Assembly (NCBI RefSeq): GCF_009914755.1
Contig: NC_060939.1
Length of the DNA stretch: 64,000 bases
Origin: the human T2T-CHM13v2.0 reference genome, Homo sapiens
Strand: one strand, 5' to 3'
Part shown: piece after piece, positions 34,267 to 44,875 of the stretch
Layout: every line of letters begins with the position of its first letter
Numbering within the stretch: the first letter of the stretch is position 1
Notes under the pieces: model-generated
Told to the model about the DNA's origin: nothing
Seen by the model: only the letters and a program-made list of their open reading frames with translations
Database searches by the model: none
Translations under genes and position numbers: made by a program

Positions 34267-34586
34267 GGCTGGGTGCGGTGGCTCACACCTGTAATCCCAG
34301 CACATTGGGAGTCTGAGGCGGGAGGATCACTTGTGGTCAGGAGTTCAAGACCAACCCAGCAAATATGGTGAAACCCTGTCTCTACAACAATAAAACAATT
34401 AGCCAGGCATGGTGGCACACACCTGCAAATCCAGCTACTTGGGAGGCTGAGGCAGGAGAATTGCTTGAACCCGGGAGGTGGATGGTGGAAGTGAGCTGAG
34501 TTCACACCACTGTACTCCAGCCTGGGCAACAGAGCAAGGCTCCATCTCAAAAACAAACAAACAAACAAAACAACAACAACAACAAA
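34267..34586 (+). mobile_element. AluS
   Basis: Dimeric Alu. TSD cttttaat[a/g]tgtgg. Confidence 0.9.
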
Positions 34587-35058
34587 ACCTTTTAATGTGT
34601 GGTCTACTCTCATTGGTGAAGAGAAAAAACTCTTATCTGCATTCCTCTTGACTTGATAGGCAGAACATACAGTTACCTGCTTTGGATGAGCAATGGTTCC
34701 CTTTAATTTCATATGCCAAGGGCTGGCAGCCAACTGCTCTCCTCTTACCCACGATCAGGCTCAGCAGTGGCTACAAAGGTCAGCCACAGAATGGCAGGAG
34801 ATCTTGTTTATCATGCTTTTGATTCTTGAAGATAAGACATTTATTTTGGAACTATCAATAACCAAACAGACTTTCTCTGTGTAGAACTAAAACATAGATT
34901 GAAAGAACAGAGCATCACTGAGGACTTAGCTACTAAGAGATCATACTGAGATTTAGAAAGGCCATGGGAGCCTCCAACTCACCCCCTGTAATAACTGAGA
35001 CCATGTCTAACCACAGAGGTGTGGGTGGGTGAAAATATGGGCTCTAGAGTGTCATGGA

Positions 35059-35355
35059 GGCCAGCCACAGTGGCTCATGCCTGTAATCCCAGCATTTTGG
35101 GAGGCTGAGGTGGGAGGATCACTTGAGCCCAGGAGTTCAAGACCAGTCTTGACAGCATAGGGAGACCCCGTCTCTACAAAAAATTTAAAAGTTAGTCAGG
35201 TGTGGTGGCACATGCCTCTAGTCCCAGCTACTTGCAGGGCTGAGATGGGGGGATCGCTTGAGCCCAGGTAGTCAAGGCTGCAGTCAGCTGTGATTGTGTC
35301 ACTGCACTCTAGCCTCAGTAACAGCAAGACCCTGTCTCAAAAGAAGAAAAAAAAA
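35059..35355 (+). mobile_element. AluJ
   Basis: TSD tagagt[g/c]tcatgga. Confidence 0.9.
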
Positions 35356-35421
35356 TAGAGTCTCATGGACCTGGGCTTAAAACTCTGCTCTGATTTTAAG
35401 TTAAGTGATGGCTCCATTACC

Positions 35422-35453
<32 letters not shown>

Positions 35454-36016
35454 ACTAAGTAAAGGCAGGTGCCTCCTGATATGATGCACCAAAAAGAACA
35501 CAACATGACTTATGTAGCATACCTACCAAAAATGCATAATTAAATGTAATCATGAAGAAACAGTCAGGCTAGCCTAAATTAAAGGACATTCCACAATACA
35601 ATGGGCCAATACTCTTTAAAAATGTCAATACCATAAGAGAAAATGAAACGCTAAGGAACTGTTCCAAATTAGAGAAGACTAAACAGATACGACATCTAAA
35701 TCCAATGCTTTATCCTGGATAGCATTTTGGATTGGAGAAGAGTTTCTAGAAAGAACAATATTGGGACAATTGACAAAATTTAAATATGGATTGTAAACTG
35801 TGTCAATGTTTGAATATGGATTATTAATAACATTTGATGATTCAAGTTCATAAAATTTGGATATGAATTGTATTGATACAATTGATTGTGTTGTATCAAT
35901 TACATTTCCTGAATTTGATCATTTTTAGTAGATACATGATAAAGTACTCAGGACTGAAGGGTCATAATCTCTAAAATTTACTCTGAAATGGTACCAAAAA
36001 AATGAGAATAAGAAAT

Positions 36017-36190
36017 AGCCAGGTGCAGTGGCACACATCTGTAGCCCCAGCTACTTGGGAGGCTGAGGTAGGAGGATTGATTGAATCCAGGAGTTGGAGG
36101 CTACAGTGCACTATGATCTTGCTGTGAATACCTACTGCACTCCAGACCAGGCAACACAGTGAGACTGTGTCTCAAAAAAAGAAAAAGAAT
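36017..36190 (+). mobile_element. FAM (fossil Alu monomer)
   Basis: Single arm retaining the 7SL-like gcactatgatc..tgtgaata..actgcactccag. TSD agaataagaaata. Confidence 0.75.
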
Positions 36191-36557
36191 AAGAAATAAT
36201 GAGGATCTTATCTCTGAAATAGCAGAGAGGGAGAGAGAGACAAGGCAAATGTGGCAAAATGTTAACAGTAAATAAATAAACCTAATTAAGGTATATATGA
36301 AGTTTTATTATAATTATCTTGCAATTCTTCTGTATTCTTGAATTTTGTTTTTCGAAATAAAATGTTTAATTTAAAAAGTAGAGATGGGCCAGGTGCAGTG
36401 GCTCATACCTGTAATCCCAGCACTTTGGGAGGCCAAGGTGGGCAGACAGCTTGAGTACAGAAGTCGAGACCAGCCTAAGGAACATAGGAAAACCCTGTCT
36501 CTACAAAAAATACCAAAATTAGCTGGGCATGGTGGCGTGCGCCTGTGGTCCCAGCTA

Positions 36558-36737
<180 letters not shown>

Positions 36738-36950
36738 TCACTGGAAATGTAACTTGAAAAAAAATGTATAGTGAAAACATACCATAAGCTTCCATTTGCA
36801 TAGCATTCAAAATAGGGTGTAGGGGATGAGGAAATGGCAGCCTAGGAGGAAAACAGCTGCGGTTATAAAACGGCAACAGGAAGGATCCTTGGAAATGTTC
36901 CATATCTTGACTGTAGTGATGGCCACACAAAGCCACACACGTGAACTAAA

Positions 36951-36992
36951 TACACACGTGCATGTGCGCATGTGTGCGCGTGCGCGCGCGCA

Positions 36993-37035
<43 letters not shown>
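36951..37035. repeat. 85-bp alternating pyrimidine-purine tract (CG core plus (CA)n)
   Basis: tacacacgtgcatgtgcgcatgtgtgcgcgtgcgcgcgcgcacgcgca(ca)n. Confidence 0.95.
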
Positions 37036-37038
<3 letters not shown>

Positions 37039-37275
37039 ACAAAGGAGTACATGTAGAACTGCCTAAATCTGAGTAAGGTGGAATGATTGTATGAATGTCA
37101 ATTTGCTCGTTTTTATATTGTACTATGCTACATGGAGAAAGACTAGGTGAAGAGTATACGGGATCTTTATTACTTAGTACAACTACATGTAAATCTACAA
37201 TTGTCACAAAATAAGAATGTTTAACAATAGGTAAATTTTATGATATTTAAACTAAATCTCAATAAAACTGTTAAA

Positions 37276-37928
37276 GCTGACTGAGATGGCATATGCCTGT
37301 AGTCCCAGCTACTTGGGAGGCTGAGGTGGGAGAATCCCTTGAACTCAGGAGTTTGAGATCGGTCCAGGCCAAATAAACAGACCTCTGTCTTAAAATAAAT
37401 AAAATTTTCAAAAAGTAAATAAAACTGTTAAAAAAAAAAAAAAAAGTAATGAGTCCAGCCACACGGGAGCATATCATGATTGTTCTAAGTTAGTGCTTCT
37501 CAGTGGAAGCGGGACACTGAGAAAATGGGTGTTTTTGTTTGTCACCATCATGGGGCACTTTTGGGATTCAATGAATGTTAGATTGCCTGCATTCCACACT
37601 ATAGAATTACACAACAAAGAATCAAACAAGGGCCAGGCCCGGTGGCTCACGCCTGTAATCCCAGCACTTTGGGAAGCTGAGATGGGCGGATCACGAGGTC
37701 AGGAGTTCAAGACCAGCCTGGCCAACATGGTAAAACCCTGTCTCTACTAAAAATATAAAACTTAGCTGGGCATGATGGCACGTGCCTGTATTCCCAGCTA
37801 CTCAGGAGGCTGAGGCAGGAGAATTGCTTGAACCGGGACCCGAGGGGCGGAGGTTGCAGTGAGCCAAGATCATGTCACTGCACTCCAGCCTGGGCTACAG
37901 AGCAAGACTCCGTCTCAAAAAAAAAAAG
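37276..37928 (+). mobile_element. Alu monomer (37276-37410, TSD aataaaactgttaaa) and AluS (37631-37928, TSD aaagaatcaaacaag)
   Basis: Alu arms and TSDs read directly. Confidence 0.88.
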
Positions 37929-38401
37929 AATCAAACAAGACCCATACTGTCAGATATTCAAGTACATTAAACATACACACAAACATAAAAACAGTAACAA
38001 CAAATTTGTTTATAATTATCTGAGCCTAGAGTTTAACCCCATATACAAGTAAAAACAAAAGTAATTTGTGTATGGTTTTAATATATACGGAATTTTCTAG
38101 GAATACAACTATTGCATAAAAAAAGCAAAGGTTTTTTTTTTTTGTTTTGAACTTTATCAAGAGTTATTCACCATTTCAGAAAATCACAATAGTGACAACA
38201 CTTCCAATATTTAAGTCACTAACATATTTTCATTAGTCTTTAGAGGCCATTCATGATATATATGTACATTTTATACATATGTGCATTTACCATATATGCA
38301 TTCATAATATATATTTATGCATGATATGTATGTATATATTGAATCCTTATTTTGCAATGTCAGACATAAAAAGTGTTGACCATATTCAGCTGAATATTAT
38401 C

Positions 38402-38990
38402 TTTTTTTTTTTGAGACGAAGTCTTGCATTGTTGCCCAGGCTGGAGTTCAGTGGTGAAATCTCGGCTCACTGCAAGCTCCGCCTCCTGGGTTCACGCCAT
38501 TCTCCTGCCTCAGCCTCCCGAGTAGCTGGGGCTACAGGCGCCTGCCACCACGCCCGGGTAATTTTTTGTACTTTTAGTAGAGACGGGGTTTCACCGTGTT
38601 AGCCAGGATGATCTCCCATCTCCTGACCTCGTGATCCGCCCGCCTCAGCCTCCCGAAGTGCTGGGATTACAGGCGTGAGCCACCGCCCCGGCCTTATCTT
38701 TTTTTGAGACAGGGTTTCATTCTGTCTCCCAGGTTGGAGTGCAGTGGCACAATCATAGCTCACTGTAATCTTGAATTTCTGGGCTCAAGTGATCCTCCTG
38801 CCTCTGTCTCACGGTAGCTGGTACTACAGGCATGCACCACTATGTCTGGCTAACTCTTTAAGTTTTTGTAGAGACAGGGTCTCACCATGTTGCCCAGGCT
38901 AGTCTCAAACTCCTAGCATCAAGCGATCCTGCAGCTTTGGCTTCCCAAAGTGCTGGGATTACAAGCTTGAGCTACCAACTGTGCCTGGCC
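38402..38990 (-). mobile_element. AluY (38402-38693) at the tail of an AluJ (38698-38990)
   Basis: AluY-type gcaagctccgcc/ttcacgccattc/accgtgttagccaggatg, followed by a J-type element. Confidence 0.9.
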
Positions 38991-39289
38991 CAGTCGAATA
39001 TTATATGTCCTGTAAAACCAAACTCATTCGTTATAAATAGATACAAGCATCTGACTACTCAATTTTGTCATCTAATATAGACATGCCTGTGCAGCTACGT
39101 ATTATAATACATATTATTTTCTAATAAATTACTTTCCTATTTTTCTCCTTTATATTACAGTTAGGTCATTAAGTAGATTATTTATCGTGTATGTAGATTA
39201 TATTACCTATGAATTTCATGCTGGGATTGTAAAGGAGATGTTACAAAATATAGCAAGGTGAATAAAGGAAATATATTGGAGTTTGGGTT

Positions 39290-40380
39290 GACAGGGCTTG
39301 GATCAATGATTAAAGGGAGTGGATGAAGGAGTCAGGTATAATGTGTTGATTTCTGGCTTGGGCAACCAGGTGGATGGTGGCGCCATTCGCTAATACAGGC
39401 AATACAAAAGGAATAGTAGGTTTAAGGAGGGAAATGACGAGTTCAGTTTTGGAGATTTTTAGTTTGAGGTGCCTTGGGATGTGGAGGCATCCCATGGGTA
39501 CTAGGATATACACCTCCGGGTTTAGGAGATAGGCTCAGGTCACAGGCAGACTGGGAAGCATCAACATATTAACTAATAACTGAAGTCAAAGGAAGTGTGA
39601 GATGGGCCAGGGAAAATGGACAGAGGGAGGAGGTACAAGGCCAGAGCCCTGGGACACATTTAATGTCCAATATATTTTTTTTTGAGACAGGGTCTTGCTG
39701 TGTTGCTCAGGCTGGAGTGCAGTGGTGCAATCATGGCTCACCACAGCCTCAATCTCCTGGGCCCAAGTGATCCTCCCACCTCAGCCTCCTGAGTAGCTGA
39801 GACTACAGGTGCATGCCACCACACTCAGCTAATTTTTAAATTTTTTTTGTAGAGATAGGGTCTCACTACGTTGCTGTGTTTGGTCTTGAACTTTTCAGCT
39901 CAAGCCATCCTCCCACTTTGGCCTCCTAAAGTGCTGGAATTACAGGCATGAGCTACTGTGCCCATCAAGTGCCCAGTACATTTAAAAGCTGGGCGGAGGA
40001 AGAGGTCTGCAGAGGAGCCTGAGATCAAGCACCCTTAGGAGAAGAAACAAAAGTAGAGTCTGAAGTCACAGAAGCTGATGGAAGAGTATTTTTCAACAAT
40101 GGGAGAGAACCAGTCAAGATTGAGATATGTGAGATTAGAAAGTGGAGTTATAGCTGGCCTTGGCTAAAGGCATTTCTGGGAGTGGAAGCCAGACTGGAAG
40201 AGGATAAGAAGTGGGTGGGGGAGAGCCGAGTATGAGCGACTCTTTCTGGTAAGTTGCTGCGACAGGAGATAATGCTGGGTAGGTGGAGAACACAGGGACC
40301 GGAGGAGCTGAGGCGGAAGGATGGAGAGGCTTAAGCATGTGTTAACTGCCACTGGGAAGAAGTCGGCAATCACGGAAGCT
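39290..40380 (-). mobile_element. L2 fragment with an inserted AluJ (about 39675-39965), immediately upstream of the CpG island
   Basis: ttctggcttgggcaaccaggtggatggtggcgccattc...gagttcagttttgg...gagtggaagccagactgg. Confidence 0.72.
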
Positions 40381-40849
40381 ACCGGAGGGTAAGAAAAAAT
40401 TCATTCATTCAACAGTTGAGCGCCTCCCACGCGCCCGATCAGTATGGCCGCCCCCACTTGAAAACACGCGTGTGGGCCGCCCACGTCTGACAAGTTAATG
40501 CAAGGCTTTATAGTTAGGGGAAAGCGGTTCTCCTTGAGCTCTTTCTCCTAGCAGTTCCGATTCCGACCCTGACTCCGACAGACACCTTGCGGGAACGCAA
40601 ACACCGCTCGAATTCATGACCCCAATAGAAAACTTAAAGCCGCAACTAAGTAACGGATCGCTGCGAAGGCCAAACTAGCCACGCCAACGCCCCCACTGGA
40701 GCCTCCCCAGCGCTCCGCCCCCGCTCGCGAGAACAGCGGCGACGGCGCGAGAAATCGCTTTCTGGTTAGCTCCGCCCCTTCCCTTTCTTTGTTTTCCTGT
40801 CCGACGATCTCGCGGGAGTTAGGCGACAAATCCCGCGAGCGCAGACCCG

Positions 40850-41004
40850 GGGCTGGCTCTGCTGCTCTCGCGATATTTGCGCGAGCCTGCTTCCTTCTTT
40901 CCTCCCTTGCCAGTCCGCCTGTCTTCCTCCCCGTCTTCCCTGCCCGGCCTCCCCCTTCTTCCCCCGCTGGCCCCCTCCCCGGAGGGATAATATGGTCTCC
41001 GGCG
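40850..41004 (+). other. IREB2: IREB2 5' UTR, pyrimidine/C-rich; the transcription start is approximate
   Basis: Lies between the promoter motifs and the ATG. The TSS cannot be fixed from sequence alone. Confidence 0.65.
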
Positions 41005-41023
41005 ATGGACGCCCCAAAAGCAG
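41005..41023 (+). CDS. IREB2: IREB2 coding exon 1 (MDAPKA + first base of Gly7)
   Basis: ggcgATGGACGCCCCAAAAGCAG|gtcagt: good Kozak context (G at -3 and +4) and a canonical donor, inside the CpG island. The peptide matches the N-terminus of IRP2 as I recall it and joins in frame to exon 2. Confidence 0.97.
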
Positions 41024-42190
41024 GTCAGTTTCGGGCCTCCGAGCTGGGTCTGGCAGTTGGAAACGCGCGCTGCCTAGGCGCCGAATTCCTTGCTTTTCTC
41101 GCCTGGAGTCGCTCGGCAGGCGCCCAGGCCCTCGGGGCTCGGGTTGTGCTCCCCTCGGGGCCTGCCTGCTGGGCCGCCCTTTGAGCCTAGGCCGCGGAAG
41201 CTGGGGCTCCCGATCCCCACCCTCCTGCGCGACACCCGCAGGGCGGGCCACCCCACCGCTGGCCTTGACCCGCACCCCTCTCTCTCCGGTGGCCGCTGCC
41301 TGCTGCCAGCGGCTTCCTGGCCCCCGTCAGCAACACCAGGGGCAGGGAGAGGCCCACCGTCTTCTCCTGCCCGCCCCCCATTGGCGAGCGATGAAGGCGG
41401 GGGCCTGCGTCTCCGTGTTCGGGTCTCACGCAGCTAGATGTTGATTCCACGGTCCAGCCTAAGGCCCCTCAGTTTCTCTGTGCCTCTGGAAGCCGAATGA
41501 GGGGCAGTCAAGGTTGAACATTGGTCAGTCAGTTCTCCGACCATTTATTGCACCGCTGTCTCCTCCCCCGTCCACCTCCCTCTACAAAAAAAAAAAAAGA
41601 GAAAAAAATACTATTCATTCTGAAAATGGGCTGTGCTTATGTTTTCTCCTTTTGGATGAAAGCCTTAACAATGTTGAGGGTCCTGGCCACCCACCGCTAT
41701 GAGTCTGCACAAAAGATCTGAAGGTTCTTTTCAACCTCAGGGCTGCCTCCCCGCCACTGCCCCCTAGAATGTTGGGAGCTGAGGCACGTTTAAATGAGAC
41801 CTCTGGATCTTTGACTTAGTAGTTCAGCTTCAGTTCGTGCAAAACCAGAAGACTTGTCTCTTTCGGGTAGAATATGCTAATTTCCTAGAGATTCTGTTAC
41901 TTTTATTTTCAGTACTAAGCCCTGGTAAGGACTTAACTGAGAAGTTTTTTTGTTTTGGTTTATTGAATGCTCTGTAAAAATCCGTCTTTTAGTTTTTTTT
42001 TTTAATCAGTCCCTCTAATGTTAATTGTGGAATTCACAAATTCCTGTCTCTGCAGTTTTCAAGACATGTCTTTCCAAAACGTCCCCGTGGATTATTTAAA
42101 TCATTCTTATTGTCCCTTTCCAGGTATTCTTAACACATTTCAGGAGTGAATTATCTTACTAGTTTTTACTTGACAAATTATGGTTTAGAA

Positions 42191-42390
42191 CTATGCTTTC
42201 CAGTGTGGTGGATACTAGCCCTGTGTGACTTTAAATTAATCAAAATTAAATAAATTAAAAATTCAGTTCCTCAGGCACGATAGCCACATTTCAGGTGCTC
42301 AATAGCCACACGTTGCTAATGGCTACTTTACTGGACAGCTCAAACATAGAATATTTTTACCATTGCAGAAAATTCTATTGGATAAAGCTA
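42191..42390 (-). mobile_element. MER3 (hAT-Charlie) in IREB2 intron 1
   Basis: aaaattcagttcctcagg..atagccacatttcaggtgctcaatagccac...attgcagaaaattctattgga. Confidence 0.85.
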
Positions 42391-42461
42391 GTTTCCAGGT
42401 ATTTTCAGCTGAATAAAATATTTTGTTGCTGCATTTAATGAAAATACAATTTTTTTTTCAG

Positions 42462-42548
42462 GATACGCCTTTGAGTACCTTATTGAAACATTAAATGACA
42501 GTTCACATAAGAAGTTCTTCGATGTATCTAAACTTGGCACCAAGTATG
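42462..42548 (+). CDS. IREB2: IREB2 coding exon 2 (87 nt, phase 1-1; GYAFEYLIETLNDSSHKKFFDVSKLGTKY/D)
   Basis: tttttttttcag|GATACGCC...CAAGTATG|gtaatg. Open in frame with exon 1 and matches IRP2 residues 7-36. No further IRP2 coding sequence was found before the window end, so intron 2 continues beyond 64000. Confidence 0.97.
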
Positions 42549-44360
42549 GTAATGTTGCTTTACATTTTCTTGGGTTTGTTTAGTCTCTAATAATGAAAAT
42601 GCATTTGTCAAGCTGAGCTGAAGAAATTTTAAATGTATTTCCACCGTATTGTAACAGGTACACCTACACATACCTATACCATTTTAAAAACTCCTCCTGG
42701 GACAACTTCTGTTCAGGGAAGATGTAGGCCCACACCTTAACTTCTCATTTAAAAATCTAAGTTAATTAAGCACTAGTTTTTCCCCTCAAAGAAACCAATA
42801 ATGCAGTTTTCAAACTTTTTTTTTTCTTGTTTTTGTGAAGACAGGGGTCTTGCTATGTTACCCAGGCTAGTTTTGAACCCCTGGGCCCAAATAATCCTCC
42901 CACCTCTGCCTCCCCAAGTTTTGGGATTACACATGTAAGCTACTGCGCCTGGCCTAATGTGATTTTTAGAAGAACCTGACTGACTGATGATAATTCTACA
43001 CCAATTAAATGTATATTTTATTTTCTCTTTTCTTTTCTTTTTTTTTTTGAGACAGAGTCTTGCTCTGTTGCCCAGGCTGGAGCACAGTGTTGTGATCATA
43101 GCTCATACAGCCTTGAACTCCTGGGCTAAAGCAGTCCTGCCTCTGCCTCCCAAGTAACAAGGCCTACAGGTGTATGCCAACACATTTATATAAAAACATA
43201 TTTTTATATTTTTTGTAGAGTTGGGGTCTTGCTGTGTTGCCCAGACTAGTCTCAGACTCCTGACCTTAAGTGATGCATCTGCCTCAGCCTCACAAAGTAT
43301 TGGGATTGCAGGCCTGAGCCACTATGCCTGGCCTGTTTTACTTTGTCAAATGAACAGTGCCCACATCTATTCTTTTTGCCATCTGTTGAATAGGAATCAC
43401 CAACAGGACCCATTGATTTGAATTTTTCTGAAGTATTGGGCATGGTTTGCCCCAACCTACACACCTGCAGTTTTGGCAGACATTCTCATTGACCTTATCA
43501 GGGTCAAACCTTTCTCTGTGGTCTCAGAAGAGTGAATGTGGGCGACCTATAGGGCATTGAATGGAAGTTTTGACTTTACTAACAGTTGAGTAACTTTCTC
43601 AATTGGGCCAATAGAGAGACCTCTTTAGAAGACTCATTATTCTTTGTGAACTTTTCCATGACAATGACATGAAAAGATAAATTGAATGCCACATCTGTTG
43701 CAGTCAGTTTTGGATGGAGCTTTAATCTTGTTTTTTCTTGCATTATTTAATTAAGACGATTGTTCTTGTGATTTTTCTGTAGATTTTGAGGAATTTAAAT
43801 ATTCTTGACTGCTATGTGCAATATTTTTTGTGTATTGTGAAATACAGCTATTTTGGAGTATCTTAAAGAATCCCCATTTTAGAATTAGGCTGTCATTTAA
43901 AAATAAACAGTTTGCCAAAATGAGAGCAATATCCTTTACCTTGCATGTTTAGCTGCAGTGATTTGTGTTGATACGTTTGTTAAAGGAAGTTGGTCATTTT
44001 CTTAATGTATGTCTTTCACATTAATTTTATCCCTTCACTGATGGTGAGTTTGCATCAATTTTGAAAAGAAACAGCTAGATTGATCGTTTACAAGAATAGT
44101 CATTTTATTTCCCATTTACTTCTCCAAAATAATCTAGTGATACTGGCTTGGAAGTCTTTTAACCCAAATTTCATAGTTTAATAAATTAAAGGAGCACATA
44201 AGATGTTTTGAAAATTGAGTATAAATACTTTCTGTGTATAATCTGTAGAAATGTGCTTACTTGAAGGAAGATGACCTAAATTTCTCAAATTTAAGGAATC
44301 AGTAGGAAACTGTCAAAAACAACTGTAAAATGCATTGAAAGGGAATGATTGATAATCTGA

Positions 44361-44473
44361 AAGTTAAATTTTCCCTGGGAAATAAGTTGTCATGGGAATT
44401 TGTACATAACTGTACAGAGTACATGTGTACTTAACATAATTCCAGAATTACCAGTTTTTATAACCATGATAAA
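44361..44473 (+). repeat. 113-bp direct repeat, copy 1
   Basis: aagttaaattttccctggg...taaccatgataaa, 112/113 identical to 45471-45583. Confidence 0.97.
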
Positions 44474-44746
44474 TGTAATAATAGAATACCTGTGACTATA
44501 AATACTTTCAAAACAGAAAGTTGGTTTTTATGTGGGGTCAGTACCCTGGTTTTTATTTTATTTTATTTTATTTTATTTTACTTATTTTTTTGAGACAGGA
44601 TCTTGCTCTGTCACCCAGGCTGGAGTGCAATGGTGTGATCTCAGCTCACTGCTGCCTCTGCCTCCTGAGTTCAAGCGATTCTCGTGCCTTAACCTCCCAA
44701 GTAGCTGGTACTATAGGCGTGCATCACCACACCCAGCTAGTTGTAG

Positions 44747-44875
<129 letters not shown>

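Larger units (their letters stand above)
40400..41450. promoter_or_regulatory. IREB2: CpG island / TATA-less promoter of IREB2
   Basis: Sharp rise in GC and CpG density, GC boxes (ctccgccccc 40713-40722, ctccgcccct 40770-40779, ccgccccc about 40448) and several TCTCGCGAGA-like elements. It contains exon 1. Confidence 0.93.
40992..42474 (+). other. Predicted overlapping out-of-frame uORF (spliced 40992-41023 + 42462-42474; MVSGDGRPKSRIRL*)
   Basis: aatATGg at 40992 has A at -3 and G at +4, and lies 13 nt upstream of the main ATG. After splicing the frame reads AG|G ATA CGC CTT TGA. Translation is inferred, not shown. Confidence 0.6.

Noticed and set aside
40850-41004. Iron-responsive element in the IREB2 5' UTR (autoregulation)
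   Set aside because: There is no CAGUGN loop with a C-bulged stem in the leader.
40766-41450. Overlapping 87-169 aa ORFs on both strands, including 40789-41184 containing MDAPKAG
   Set aside because: Stop codons are scarce in a CpG island. Only 41005-41023 is coding, and the rest is UTR or intron. The ATG at 40992 is kept as a uORF finding.
42100-42130. tgtccctttccag|gtattc, an AG|GT site in intron 1
   Set aside because: The regenerated donor is weak, and the intron is only 1.4 kb.
43385-43720. Coding-looking stretch; the minus-strand peptide EKFKSMGP resembles CR1/L3 ORF2
   Set aside because: The match is too short and there is no sustained frame. It may be an old transposon relic, but I cannot assign it without a search.
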